The notes under the pieces are model-generated. The model saw only the letters and a program-made list of their open reading frames with translations, made no database searches and was not told the DNA's origin. The position numbers and the translations under genes are program-made. Shown in pieces: positions 37,829-48,950 of a stretch of DNA of 64,000 nucleotides (within the stretch, counting starts at the first letter, position 1; each line of letters starts with the position of its first letter). Source of the DNA: an uncultured Chloroflexia bacterium (lineage in GTDB: Bacteria > Chloroflexota > Limnocylindria > Limnocylindrales > CSP1-4); NCBI GenBank assembly GCA_963838285.1, contig CAWIQP010000007.1, forward strand, positions 194,193-258,192. The letters run 5' to 3'.

Positions 37829-39979
37829 TCAGTACTGGAAGAGCAACTCGCGGTACTTCGGGAGCGGCCACAGCTCGTCGGACACGAGCGTCTCGAGTTC
37901 GTCGGCTGCGTCTCGGAGCGCCTCCTGGGCCGGGATCACGTTCTCCTTGAAGGCCTTCGCCTCGGCGTGGACCGAGCCTGCCTCGTGGGCTGCGTGCTGG
38001 GCCTTCTCGAGGGCGTGGATCGCGTCGACGAGCTTGTCGGTCAGAGCCGCGACCGCGTCGGCGACCAGGGTCACGCCCTTCGACTTGCCGGCGCCGGCCA
38101 GCTCGCCCAGGTACTTCGCGGCCGCGGGCAGGATCATGGTCTTGGCCATGTCCAGTGCGCAGTTGGCCTCGATGTTCGAAACCTTGACGTAGCGCTCCCA
38201 GCTGATCTCGACGCGGGAGGCCAGCTCGCGCTCGGACAGGATGCCAAGCTTGGAGAAGAGCTTCTTCGCCTTCGCGGTCTCGAGGGACGGAAGGGCGTCG
38301 ACCGTGCTGGTGTTGTTGGGCAATCCACGCTTTGCCGCCTCGGCATGCCACTCCTCGGCGTAGTTGTTGCCCTCGAACAGGACCTGCTTGTTCTCCTTGA
38401 TGATCGTGGCCAGGATCTTCGAGAGACCGGCCATGTCGTTCGGCTTGAGCTTCTCCAGATCGTCGGCCAGCTTCTCAAGGGAGTCGGCGACGATCGCGTT
38501 GAGAGCCGTCTGCGGCCAGTAGATCGGCGCCGACGACCCCACCGCGCGGAACTCGAACTTGTTGCCGGTGAAGGCGAAGGGCGAGGTTCGGTTACGGTCG
38601 GTTGCGTCCTTCGGCAGCACGGGCATCGAGGTGACGCCCAGCTCCAGGGAGCCGCCCTTCTTGGAGGTCGAGGCCGTTCCGGCCTCCAGCTGCTCGACCA
38701 CGTCCTCCAGCTGCTCGCCGAGGAAGATCGAGACGATGGCCGGCGGAGCCTCGTTCGCGCCCAGTCGGTGGTCGTTGCCGGCGTCGGCGACGCTGGCCCG
38801 CAGGATGTCGGCGTTGACGTTGACGGCGCGGATGATCGCCGCCAGGAACGCCAGGAACTGCGCGTTCGCGTGCGGATCGTGGCCCGGGTCGAGCAGGTTC
38901 TCGCCGTCGTCGGTGCCCATCGACCAGTTGTTGTGCTTGCCCGAGCCGTTGATGCCCCGGAAGGGCTTCTCGTGGCTCAGGAACATCAGGTCGTGCTGGC
39001 GGGCGAGGCGCCGCATCGTGCTCATTACGATCATGTTGTGATCGGAGCCGACGGACGTGGCCTCGTAGACCGGGGCCATCTCGAACTGGGCGGGCGCCAC
39101 CTCGTTGTGGCGGGTCTTGGACGGGATGCCCAGGCGCCACAGCTCGCGGTCCAGATCCATCATGAAGGCCAGCATGCGCTCGCGGATCGAGCCGAAGTAC
39201 TGGTCCTCCAGTTCCTGGCCCTTCGGCGACGGGGCGCCGAAGAGCGTGCGGCCGGTGAGGATCAGGTCGGGGCGCTGCTCGGCCAGGCGGCGGTCGACCA
39301 GGAAGTATTCCTGCTCGGGTCCGATGTTGGTGAAGACGCGGTCGGTGGTCGTGTTGCCGAACCAGCGCAGGACGCGCAGCGCCTGCTTACCCAGGGCCTC
39401 CTGGGAGCGGAGCATCGGGATCTTGTGGTCCAGCGCCTCGCCGGTGTACGAGACGAAGGCGGTCGGAATGGTAAGCGTCACGCCGTTGGGCTCGACCTGA
39501 AGGAAGATCGGGCTCGTGAGGTCCCAGGCCGTGTAGCCGCGCGCCTCGAAAGTGGAGCGAATGCCGCCCGAGGGGAATGAGCTCGCATCGGGCTCGCCCT
39601 GTACCAGGCCCTTGCCCGAGAACTCCGCGATCGTCTTGGCTTCGCCCGCGGGATTGAGGAAGGAGTCGTGCTTCTCGGCGGTCGAGCCGGTCATCGGCAC
39701 GAACCAGTGCGTGTAGTGCGTGGCGCCGTGGGCCATCGCCCATTCCTTCACGCCCTGGGCGACGGCGTCGGCGATGCTCGAATCGAAGGGCTCGCAACCC
39801 TCGATCGTCTGGCGCAGCTTCTTGAAGACGGGCTTGGCCAGGTACTGGCGCTGGGCGTCCTCGCCGAAGACGTACTCGCCGTAGATGTCTCCGCCGGCGT
39901 GCTCGAGGTAGTTCTGGGTGGAGGCCACCTTGTGGCTGGCGATCGCCTCGATGGCCTTCTGACGAGCGGTCATTTGCAC
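37829..39979 (-). CDS. glnN: glutamine synthetase type III
   Basis: 716 aa with GSIII-typical N-terminal extension and a catalytic domain containing ...RLGANEAPPAIVSIFLG..., NRTSPFAFTGNKFEFRAVGSS. Confidence 0.9.
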   Translation of the reverse strand: MQMTARQKAIEAIASHKVASTQNYLEHAGGDIYGEYVFGEDAQRQYLAKPVFKKLRQTIEGCEPFDSSIADAVAQGVKEWAMAHGATHYTHWFVPMTGSTAEKHDSFLNPAGEAKTIAEFSGKGLVQGEPDASSFPSGGIRSTFEARGYTAWDLTSPIFLQVEPNGVTLTIPTAFVSYTGEALDHKIPMLRSQEALGKQALRVLRWFGNTTTDRVFTNIGPEQEYFLVDRRLAEQRPDLILTGRTLFGAPSPKGQELEDQYFGSIRERMLAFMMDLDRELWRLGIPSKTRHNEVAPAQFEMAPVYEATSVGSDHNMIVMSTMRRLARQHDLMFLSHEKPFRGINGSGKHNNWSMGTDDGENLLDPGHDPHANAQFLAFLAAIIRAVNVNADILRASVADAGNDHRLGANEAPPAIVSIFLGEQLEDVVEQLEAGTASTSKKGGSLELGVTSMPVLPKDATDRNRTSPFAFTGNKFEFRAVGSSAPIYWPQTALNAIVADSLEKLADDLEKLKPNDMAGLSKILATIIKENKQVLFEGNNYAEEWHAEAAKRGLPNNTSTVDALPSLETAKAKKLFSKLGILSERELASRVEISWERYVKVSNIEANCALDMAKTMILPAAAKYLGELAGAGKSKGVTLVADAVAALTDKLVDAIHALEKAQHAAHEAGSVHAEAKAFKENVIPAQEALRDAADELETLVSDELWPLPKYRELLFQY

Positions 39980-40238
39980 TCCTGTCGACCGATGTTGATG
40001 GTGTGGCCACGTCCCAGATTCCCCATGGTCGGCCGCTGAGGAACCTCATTCAGGATTCGTCCATTAAGGCTACCGGACCGAGTGGGGCAGGCCAAGACCT
40101 CGGCCTCGGATTGCCCGGAAATGTCCCGCAATTGAAACGGTTCGAGGGGCGCCGGATCGCAGACGCCGCCACCTTCATCGGCGGACGCCGCCGCCGTCCG
40201 TGGCAGATGCCACCACCGGCCCGGCAGCCGCGCCCGGC

Positions 40239-41666
40239 TCAGGGTTGGAAGAGGACGGCGTCCATGGGCCCGTTGTTCCAATCGCCCACGGCGAGGATCA
40301 GCGCGGCGCCGTCCGGAGACCAGGCCGAGTCGGGGATGGCGCCCGGCCCCAGGCTGGTCCCGACCGTGAACGTGACGATCCGTGTCGAGTCGGAGGTCGT
40401 GGTCGTCGAGGTGAACACGTGCGTGGTGTCGGACCCGATGATCACCGTGCCGTTACCGGACGCGCCCACGGTGTCGCCCTGTCCGTACAGAGAAAGCTGC
40501 TTGGTCGAGGCGAACCAGGAGTAGATCCCGGCCGGGGTGACTCCGTAATCGACCGACGCGTAGGCGAACAACAGCTCGTCGCTGCTCGCCCAGGTAAACG
40601 GACCGGACTGTGGGATCAGGCTCACGCGTCCGGACGGGATCTCGAGGACTCCGATCTGCACGGTGCCATCGGCGGTCTGCGGGTCGTCGATGAACGCCAG
40701 GCGCGCGCCGTCCGGGCTGAAGGCAACCTGGGGCTCGGCCATCTTGATCTGGCGCATCGAGACCACGCTCACGCCCGTGGACCGAACCACCTCGAGCCAT
40801 CCGAGATTCGCAAGCTGAACGCCGCTGGGCGCCGGAGCCAGTGCCGTCTGGTGCCAGACCGCGAGCATGCTGCCGTCGTGGGACCACGCCTCCGGCTCTC
40901 CGTCGCGTGGCTTGCTCAGGCGGCCGTCCGACGAGACCACGACGTAGGTCTGCGAAGCGGTCGCTCCCTCGTACCAGCGCGTCAGCGCCACCGAGCCCGA
41001 GCGACCGGCCACCAGCCAGTCGAACAGGCCGAGCTTTGTGAGGTCCGTGGATCTAACCCGGCCCATGTACGCGTAGCCGTCGCTCCGAATGACCACGAAG
41101 CTGTTCGGACTCAGCCAGGCGAAGTCCTCCGCCTCGACGGAACCGATCTCGTCGTTCGCCTGATCGAACAGCTGGACCACGTAGCTCTTGTCGCCGATCG
41201 CCTCGCCGATGGCATAGCGCGACCCGTCCGGCGACCATCCCCCAAATCCAATCCTCGGGCCGGTGAGGATCACTGGCAGCGTCTCGTCGAACGCCGAACC
41301 CGTCCGGATCGTTGGGCTGGGCATGGCGCTGGGCGCCGGCACGACGCTGGGCGTCGCACTGACGGCGGGCGCCAACGTCACTCTCGAGGGCGCCGGGATC
41401 GATACGACGGGCCGGCCCTGCAGATGACCGAAGATCGAGACCGCCACGACCGCGACGATCAGGATCACGGCGCCGACCACGGTGAATTCCGGGCGCCATC
41501 GCGGGACTAGCAGCGCCGAGATCGATCGGCGCAGGCGGAAGGCACGCGTCCAGCGGCGATCGGGAAGCCCGGCGATGGCGTCGCGGGCATCGAGAACGGT
41601 CGCGCGATCGACCTTCGCCAGGTCGGCGAGCGTTCGTTCGAGAGCGTCTTCGAGATGTTCGCTCAT
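40239..41666 (-). CDS. anti-sigma factor: cytoplasmic N-terminal domain, single TM helix, extracytoplasmic TolB/WD40-like beta-propeller
   Basis: TM helix VVGAVILIVAVVAVSIF. Repeated SPDG(S/A)(R/L) blade motifs. The start overlaps the stop of the ECF sigma gene (ATGA). Confidence 0.6.
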   Translation of the reverse strand: MSEHLEDALERTLADLAKVDRATVLDARDAIAGLPDRRWTRAFRLRRSISALLVPRWRPEFTVVGAVILIVAVVAVSIFGHLQGRPVVSIPAPSRVTLAPAVSATPSVVPAPSAMPSPTIRTGSAFDETLPVILTGPRIGFGGWSPDGSRYAIGEAIGDKSYVVQLFDQANDEIGSVEAEDFAWLSPNSFVVIRSDGYAYMGRVRSTDLTKLGLFDWLVAGRSGSVALTRWYEGATASQTYVVVSSDGRLSKPRDGEPEAWSHDGSMLAVWHQTALAPAPSGVQLANLGWLEVVRSTGVSVVSMRQIKMAEPQVAFSPDGARLAFIDDPQTADGTVQIGVLEIPSGRVSLIPQSGPFTWASSDELLFAYASVDYGVTPAGIYSWFASTKQLSLYGQGDTVGASGNGTVIIGSDTTHVFTSTTTTSDSTRIVTFTVGTSLGPGAIPDSAWSPDGAALILAVGDWNNGPMDAVLFQP

Positions 41667-42241
41667 CGACGCACCTCCGCGTCATAACCGGCACGCAGGC
41701 GCAGGAGCGCGTGATGCACCCGCGACCTGACCGTGCCTTCAGGTAGCCCGAGAAGCTGCGCGCTCTCGGCCACGGGCAGCCGCCAGTAGTGATGGAGCGT
41801 CAGCAGAACGCGATCCTTCGAGTCGAGGCGGGCGAACGCCCGCGCCAGCTGCCGCCGGTCGAACTCACGCTCCAGCGAGTCGGTCGAGCCAGGCCCGGCA
41901 AGGTCGAGATCGAGCTGCACCAGGTGCCTGCGCCGGCGCACGAACCGCATTGCCGATCGGATCACGATCCGGCGGAACCAGGCCGAAAAGAGCCGCGGAT
42001 CGCGCAGGCACTCGAGCGACTGCCAGCCGGCCAGCAGAGCGTCCTGGACTGCGTCCGCGGCGTCCTCGTCGTCACCGGTGATCAGTCGCGCGGCACCAAG
42101 GGCGACGACGAGGTGCGGCTCAACGAGCCGGTCGAACGCCCCGCGGTCCCCGCGAATGGCCCGATCGACAAGCGCCGCCAGGACCTGCCCGTCGCCTTCG
42201 CGGTCTCGATCCACCACGGCGTCGATGATGGCAGCGTTCAT
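41663..42241 (-). CDS. ECF (sigma-70 family group IV) RNA polymerase sigma factor
   Basis: Region 2 (...FDRLVEPHLVVALGAARLITGDDEDAADAVQDALLAGWQSL...) and region 4 HTH (LPVAESAQLLGLPEGTVRSRVHHALLRLR). Confidence 0.8.
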   Translation of the reverse strand: MNAAIIDAVVDRDREGDGQVLAALVDRAIRGDRGAFDRLVEPHLVVALGAARLITGDDEDAADAVQDALLAGWQSLECLRDPRLFSAWFRRIVIRSAMRFVRRRRHLVQLDLDLAGPGSTDSLEREFDRRQLARAFARLDSKDRVLLTLHHYWRLPVAESAQLLGLPEGTVRSRVHHALLRLRAGYDAEVRR

Positions 42242-42371
42242 GCCATTAAGAGGCATGAAGTCACGCGGCGTTCACTCTTCGACCCGCAGGACCCGGCGGC
42301 CGAGGACCCGGCGGCCGAGGACTCCGATCCCCCGCGACATCTCGTCCCGACCGCTCCGGGGCTGGTCCCGC

Positions 42372-44400
42372 CTAGAGCAGAGCCGGCCGCACCCACTCCT
42401 TCCGGAGGACGTGCTCGTCGAGGAAGGCCAGGACCGTCTCGTACCAGACGCGCGAGTTCTGCGGCTTCAGGACCCAGTGGTTCTCGTCGGGGAAGTAGAG
42501 GAAGCGCGCCTCCACGCCGTGTCGGTGCAGATCGGTCCAGAGCTTCAGCGCCTCGCTGACCGGCACGCGGAAGTCCTGCTCGCCGTGGATCACCAGCATC
42601 GGCGTCTTGATCGCGGCCACGTTCACGGCTGGCGACTGGCGGTCGTACCGTTCCGGCTCGGTGTACGGGTCGCCGATCTCGCGCTCCCAGGAGACGCCCG
42701 AGTCGGTGGTGCCGTGGAAGGGCCGCAGGTCCCACAGCGACGCGTGGGTGACGATCGCCCGGAACCGGTCCGTCTGGCCGGCAACCCAGTTGGCCATGTA
42801 GCCGCCGAAGCTGCCGCCCAGCAGCGCGGTCCGCGACGCGTCCAGGTCCGGCCGCTTCAGGGCCGCGTCCACGGCGGCCATCACGTCCGTGAACGGCGCG
42901 CCGCCCCAGTCGCCCCAGCCGCGCTGGACCATGCGCTGCCCGTAACCCAGCGAGATCGCCGGATCCGGCATCAGCACCGCGTAGCCGCGCGCGGCCAGGA
43001 GATTCGCGTTCCAGCGCCAGCTCCAGCCGTTCCACGACCCCAGCGGTCCGCCGTGCACGAACACCGCGAGCGGCGCCGGGTTCTCGGCCGAGGTTTCCGG
43101 CGGGAGGACGAGCCAGGATCGAATGGGCGTCCCGTCTGCGGCGGTCGCGGTCAGCCGCTCCACCACGGACCCGGCGGCTACGCCGCCCTCGTCGATTCCG
43201 TTGGGGAGCTCGACGGCCGATTGATCGGCCGTGCGCGAATCGAAGCGAACGATTCGAGCCGGGCTCGAAACCGTCGAGCGGAGGGCATAGATGGTCGAGC
43301 CGTCGGGAGACGGGCACAAATCGGAGATCGCCCCGTCCGAGACGAGTGTCGTGACCTTGCCGCCCGCCAGATCGACCCGCAGGGCCGCAACCCCGCCGTC
43401 ACGGTCGGCCGTGCAGAACACGGCGGAGGAGTCGTGCGCCCAGACGAGAGTCTCGGGCCACAGATCGAGCCCTGGCGTCAGATCGCGGCCCTCGCCGCCG
43501 GCCAGGTCGATCAGCCAGAGCGTGACCTCGGAGGCCTCGTCGGGTGAGCCGTAAGTGCCGCGAAGGCAGGCAAGGTAGCGGCCGTCCGGGGAGACGGCGG
43601 GCGCGGCGTACCAGGCGTCGCCGTTGGTCAGGAAGCGGCGCTCGCCCGTCGCCACGTCGATCGCTACGAGCTCCTCGGTGATCATCGGCGAGTCCGAGTA
43701 GTCGACCCAGCGCGTGTAGAGCGTCTTCCCGTCGGGCGACAGCTCGATCCCCGACTCGACCAGCGTCGCCGGGCCGGCGTCCCTCGTCAGGTCGCGCGGC
43801 TCCAGGCGCGCCTCGGGATCGACCGTCCCTTCGAAAGTCGCCGCGAAAGCGTGCCTCGACCGTGGAGCAAGCCACTCGTCCCAGTATCGGATCGGGTAGC
43901 TGTCGAAGAGGAGCGCCCCAACTCCGGCGTCCTTGCGAGCCTTCGCCCGTTCGGCGTCTTCGGCGAAGTCCTTGGCCGCGGGGTGGAGGCCCGCCCCGAA
44001 CGCGATCGCGTCGGCATCGCGAGCGGCTGCGACGCCGTCCACGCCACCGTCCGGCGCGAGCAGCAATCGGGCCTCGCCGCCGTCAGACGGCAGGCACCAC
44101 AGGGCATTGATCTTCTTGTCGGGGTCGGGCTTCGCGTCGGGGTCCGGCCGCGCCGAAGTGAAGAGCAGGGAGCCGTCGCGCAGGAAGCAGCCAACCGACT
44201 CGCCCGCCGCCGAGCGCGTGATCCGGCGCGGTTTGGCGGCGCCGGCCGCATCGACCTGCCACAGGGCGGTCTTGATGTCTTTGCCCTCGGGTCCGAGCCG
44301 GCCGACCGCCACTACGAGGCGATTGCCGTCCGGGGAGAGCTTCAGGGCCGAGAGTCGTGGAAGCGCCAGGAAACGATCGAAGGTGAAGGGCTCGCTCATG
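42372..44400 (-). CDS. S9-family serine peptidase (prolyl oligopeptidase / acylaminoacyl-peptidase type) with N-terminal beta-propeller
   Basis: Catalytic Ser in GGSFGGYM, the VIHGEQDFRVP Asp region and a C-terminal His. SPDG beta-propeller repeats. Start taken at MSEPF (44400). Confidence 0.85.
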
Positions 44401-44488
44401 GCGCGATCATCGCGCAACGGCGCCGAAACGGCACAGGGCGCGGGCCGGCGGCCCAGCGCGGCGCCCCGGGCGGCCTTTCGGGCCGCTA

Positions 44489-46443
<1,955 letters not shown>

Positions 46444-46524
46444 CGGCATTGTTTATCCATTACTTAACCAGTTTTAAATAAGGTTTTTCTTTAGATATTT
46501 CTGGGGCGTTTTTTTTACGGAGGA

Positions 46525-46773
46525 TTATTTTTTAATAATTTTTTCGTTTAAAATAGCATTTTTAGTTCGTACGGCGTTTATTATCGAAAAGATAATGACT
46601 GCTTTTTCCCACTCGGCAGAGCCGGAAAATTGCTCCACCTTTTTTTTGTATTTGTCCCACAAAGAGGTGAGGGAAGCTTCATCAATATGCAATATGATTT
46701 CGGCGATTTTGTTAAGCGAATTTTCTAAACTATTCATATAACAATTAATAACTTTACTTGGCAATAAAGTCAA
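46525..46773 (-). CDS. hypothetical small protein
   Basis: 82-aa ORF in AT-rich DNA; no recognisable family. Confidence 0.25.
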   Translation of the reverse strand: MTLLPSKVINCYMNSLENSLNKIAEIILHIDEASLTSLWDKYKKKVEQFSGSAEWEKAVIIFSIINAVRTKNAILNEKIIKK

Positions 46774-46937
46774 ATTAAAAGCTTTTTCCCCTTTAAGAAT
46801 ATTCGATTCTAAAGGAAAAATATCGTTCGTAACAGCCTTCTTACCTCATGCCCGGGTAATGGTATTTATTTACCGGCGAATTCATGGAAATAAAACTTGT
46901 TTTTTTGTCTTTTATCGCTAATAATTAAAAACGGTCA

Positions 46938-47435
46938 TTGGTTATGGAAGACAAAAAGATAAAAATTGGCGTCATTTCAGACACTCATCTGGAAGATTAT
47001 GATGATAAGATGAAAAAATGCATTGCTGAGCATTTCAGCGATGTTGATATGATTCTTCATGCCGGAGACTTGGTTGATGTTCGTGTTTTAGAGATTTTCG
47101 GGGAAAAGGAAATTAAGGTGATATGCGGTAACATGGACAATTCATCAGTTAAAGAACAGTTCCCCGATCATTTACTTTTTGAAATAAAGGGGTTTAAATT
47201 CCTCCTGATTCATGGATGGGGATCTCCTCAGGGTATTGAAGAAAGAATATCAGAGATGTTTAAAGATGTGGATTGTATTGTTTATGGACATACGCATAAA
47301 CCGGCAAATCATACAAAAGAAAACGTACTGTTCTTTAATCCCGGTTCGGCGGTGGACAGATGTTTTGCCTCTTCTAAAACCATAGGCATATTAGAAATTG
47401 ACAAAAATATAACAGGTAGGATAATAAAAATATAA
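46938..47435 (+). CDS. YfcE/MJ0936-family metallophosphoesterase
   Basis: IGVISDTHLED...ILHAGDLVD...GNMD...LIHGWG...VYGHTHKP are the calcineurin-like phosphoesterase motifs. Confidence 0.8.
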   Translation: MVMEDKKIKIGVISDTHLEDYDDKMKKCIAEHFSDVDMILHAGDLVDVRVLEIFGEKEIKVICGNMDNSSVKEQFPDHLLFEIKGFKFLLIHGWGSPQGIEERISEMFKDVDCIVYGHTHKPANHTKENVLFFNPGSAVDRCFASSKTIGILEIDKNITGRIIKI

Positions 47436-47502
47436 TTAGTGGAGCAACTTTCGGCAGGAGCCGGGGGATTCAAGTTGCGGGATAAAAAGGCTGGTTTTAA
47501 AT

Positions 47503-47988
47503 ATGGAAACAATTTTTGCGCCATGGCGCATGGACTATATTAAAGGGGAAAAACCTGACGGATGTGTTTTTTGCAAATGTTCCATCAGATGTGATGATTA
47601 TATTATATTTGAAGGTAAAACCGCCTACGTAATGATGAACAGATACCCTTATGTCAACGGTCATTTAATGATAATACCTCAGAGGCAGTACGGAAACATC
47701 GAAGAGTTGACTCAGGAAGAAAGAAAAGAAATATTTGATCTTCTGGAAATATCAGTCAAGGCTATGAAGGAAGCGATGAATCCTGATGGATTCAATATAG
47801 GTGTCAATATTGGCAAAGCCGCGGGCGCCGGTATTGAAGAACATTTTCATGTCCATGTAATTCCGCGCTGGGAAGGTGATACTAATTTCATGAGTGTTGT
47901 GACAAATGTCCGGGTTATTCCGGAGGCTGTGGCTACAACCGCGGCTAATCTTGCGCCTCTTTTTAAAAAATATCAAAAGGGGGAATAA
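47503..47988 (+). CDS. HIT-family hydrolase
   Basis: Histidine-triad motif HFHVHVIPR and the zinc-binding CVFC region. Confidence 0.85.
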   Translation: METIFAPWRMDYIKGEKPDGCVFCKCSIRCDDYIIFEGKTAYVMMNRYPYVNGHLMIIPQRQYGNIEELTQEERKEIFDLLEISVKAMKEAMNPDGFNIGVNIGKAAGAGIEEHFHVHVIPRWEGDTNFMSVVTNVRVIPEAVATTAANLAPLFKKYQKGE

Positions 47989-47992
47989 TGTA

Positions 47993-48316
47993 ATGAGAAT
48001 AATTTATTTAATTCTTGTTATAATTTTTTCTTTATTTATCGTTACTTTTTCTCAGCAAAATTTAACGACAATACAGTTGCATTATAATATTCTGGACCAT
48101 AATCTTTTGGGTAATTTAAAGTCCGTACCAACTTATTTGCTAATTTTTATATCCATTCTGATTGGAGTGATCATTACAGGTTTCTGGGGTATAGTAGAAC
48201 GCTTTCGTTTGAATCGCACAATCAGACGTTTGAACAAACTAGTTCGTGATTTGCGCAAGGAACTTCACGCCAATGAAGCGCCGCCAATAATCGATGAACA
48301 AAAAATACCCAAATAA
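47993..48316 (+). CDS. LapA-like (DUF1049) small inner-membrane protein
   Basis: Two TM helices (IIYLILVIIFSLFIVTF; YLLIFISILIGVIITGFWGIV) and a basic C-terminal coiled coil. GGGGGA RBS before the ATG at 47993. Confidence 0.45.
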   Translation: MRIIYLILVIIFSLFIVTFSQQNLTTIQLHYNILDHNLLGNLKSVPTYLLIFISILIGVIITGFWGIVERFRLNRTIRRLNKLVRDLRKELHANEAPPIIDEQKIPK

Positions 48317-48811
48317 TATCGACCCTTCCTTATTTGAAGATTTCAGATTTATTACCGACGCATCTTTAGGAAGGTTGGCTAAGTGGCTTCGGCTTTTAGG
48401 TTACGATACGGTTGTGTTTCCTGAAGAAGCCGGCAGGGCTTTGTTGCGACTTGCTGCCGCGGAAGACAGAATAGTTCTTACCAGAAGAAAAGATATGACT
48501 GAGCGCCAATTTTCAGGCGGCTCTGTTTATAATTACGGATATTGATGTCGGTAATCAGCTCAATAAAGTTATTGATAAAGTATTCTTTGAAGATAGACAG
48601 GCAAAAGATGTTTGGAATTTGTCTTGAGTGCAACCGGAAACTAAATCCTGTCAACAGGGAAGATGTTCGTGATTTAGTGCCGTTGTTTGTTTTTGAAAAT
48701 TGCACTGAATATAATCGATGCCCCCGTTGTCTTAAAATTTACTGGACGGGAACACATCAGCGCAACGCTTTAAGGTTTATGGAGAAGCACATTCCGAATC
48801 ATCTCCCTTGA
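48294..48811 (+). pseudogene. Mut7-C RNase-domain (PIN-like + zinc-ribbon) protein, split by a frameshift near 48545
   Basis: N-terminal ORF has RFITDASLGRLAKWLRLLGYDTV (Mut7-C signature). The next frame has CLECNRKL...CPRCLKIYWTGTHQRN (the C-terminal zinc ribbon). Confidence 0.55.
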
Positions 48812-48902
48812 TTTTTTCAACAGCATGTTTCAGCGCCGTTAAAATTACAGCAAGATTTTCTTTTGCGCCCCTGGGGCTTCCGGGAAGATTAATCAAAAAA
48901 AA

Positions 48903-48938
48903 TCCATAAATTCCCGCTGCGGTGCGGGAATTTATGGA
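48903..48938. terminator. bidirectional rho-independent terminator between the convergent Mut7-C and EF-G genes (perfect 15-bp stem TCCATAAATTCCCGC/GCGGGAATTTATGGA, loop TGCGGT)
   Basis: Hairpin flanked by an A8 run on the plus strand (a U-run for the minus-strand EF-G transcript). Confidence 0.6.
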
Positions 48939-48950
48939 TTGTGGATCATT

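Noticed and set aside
37967-39580. A 537-aa plus-strand ORF inside glnN.
   Set aside because: Antisense to a well-conserved GS type III gene. The translation is a G/R/D/L/V-rich artefact of high GC.
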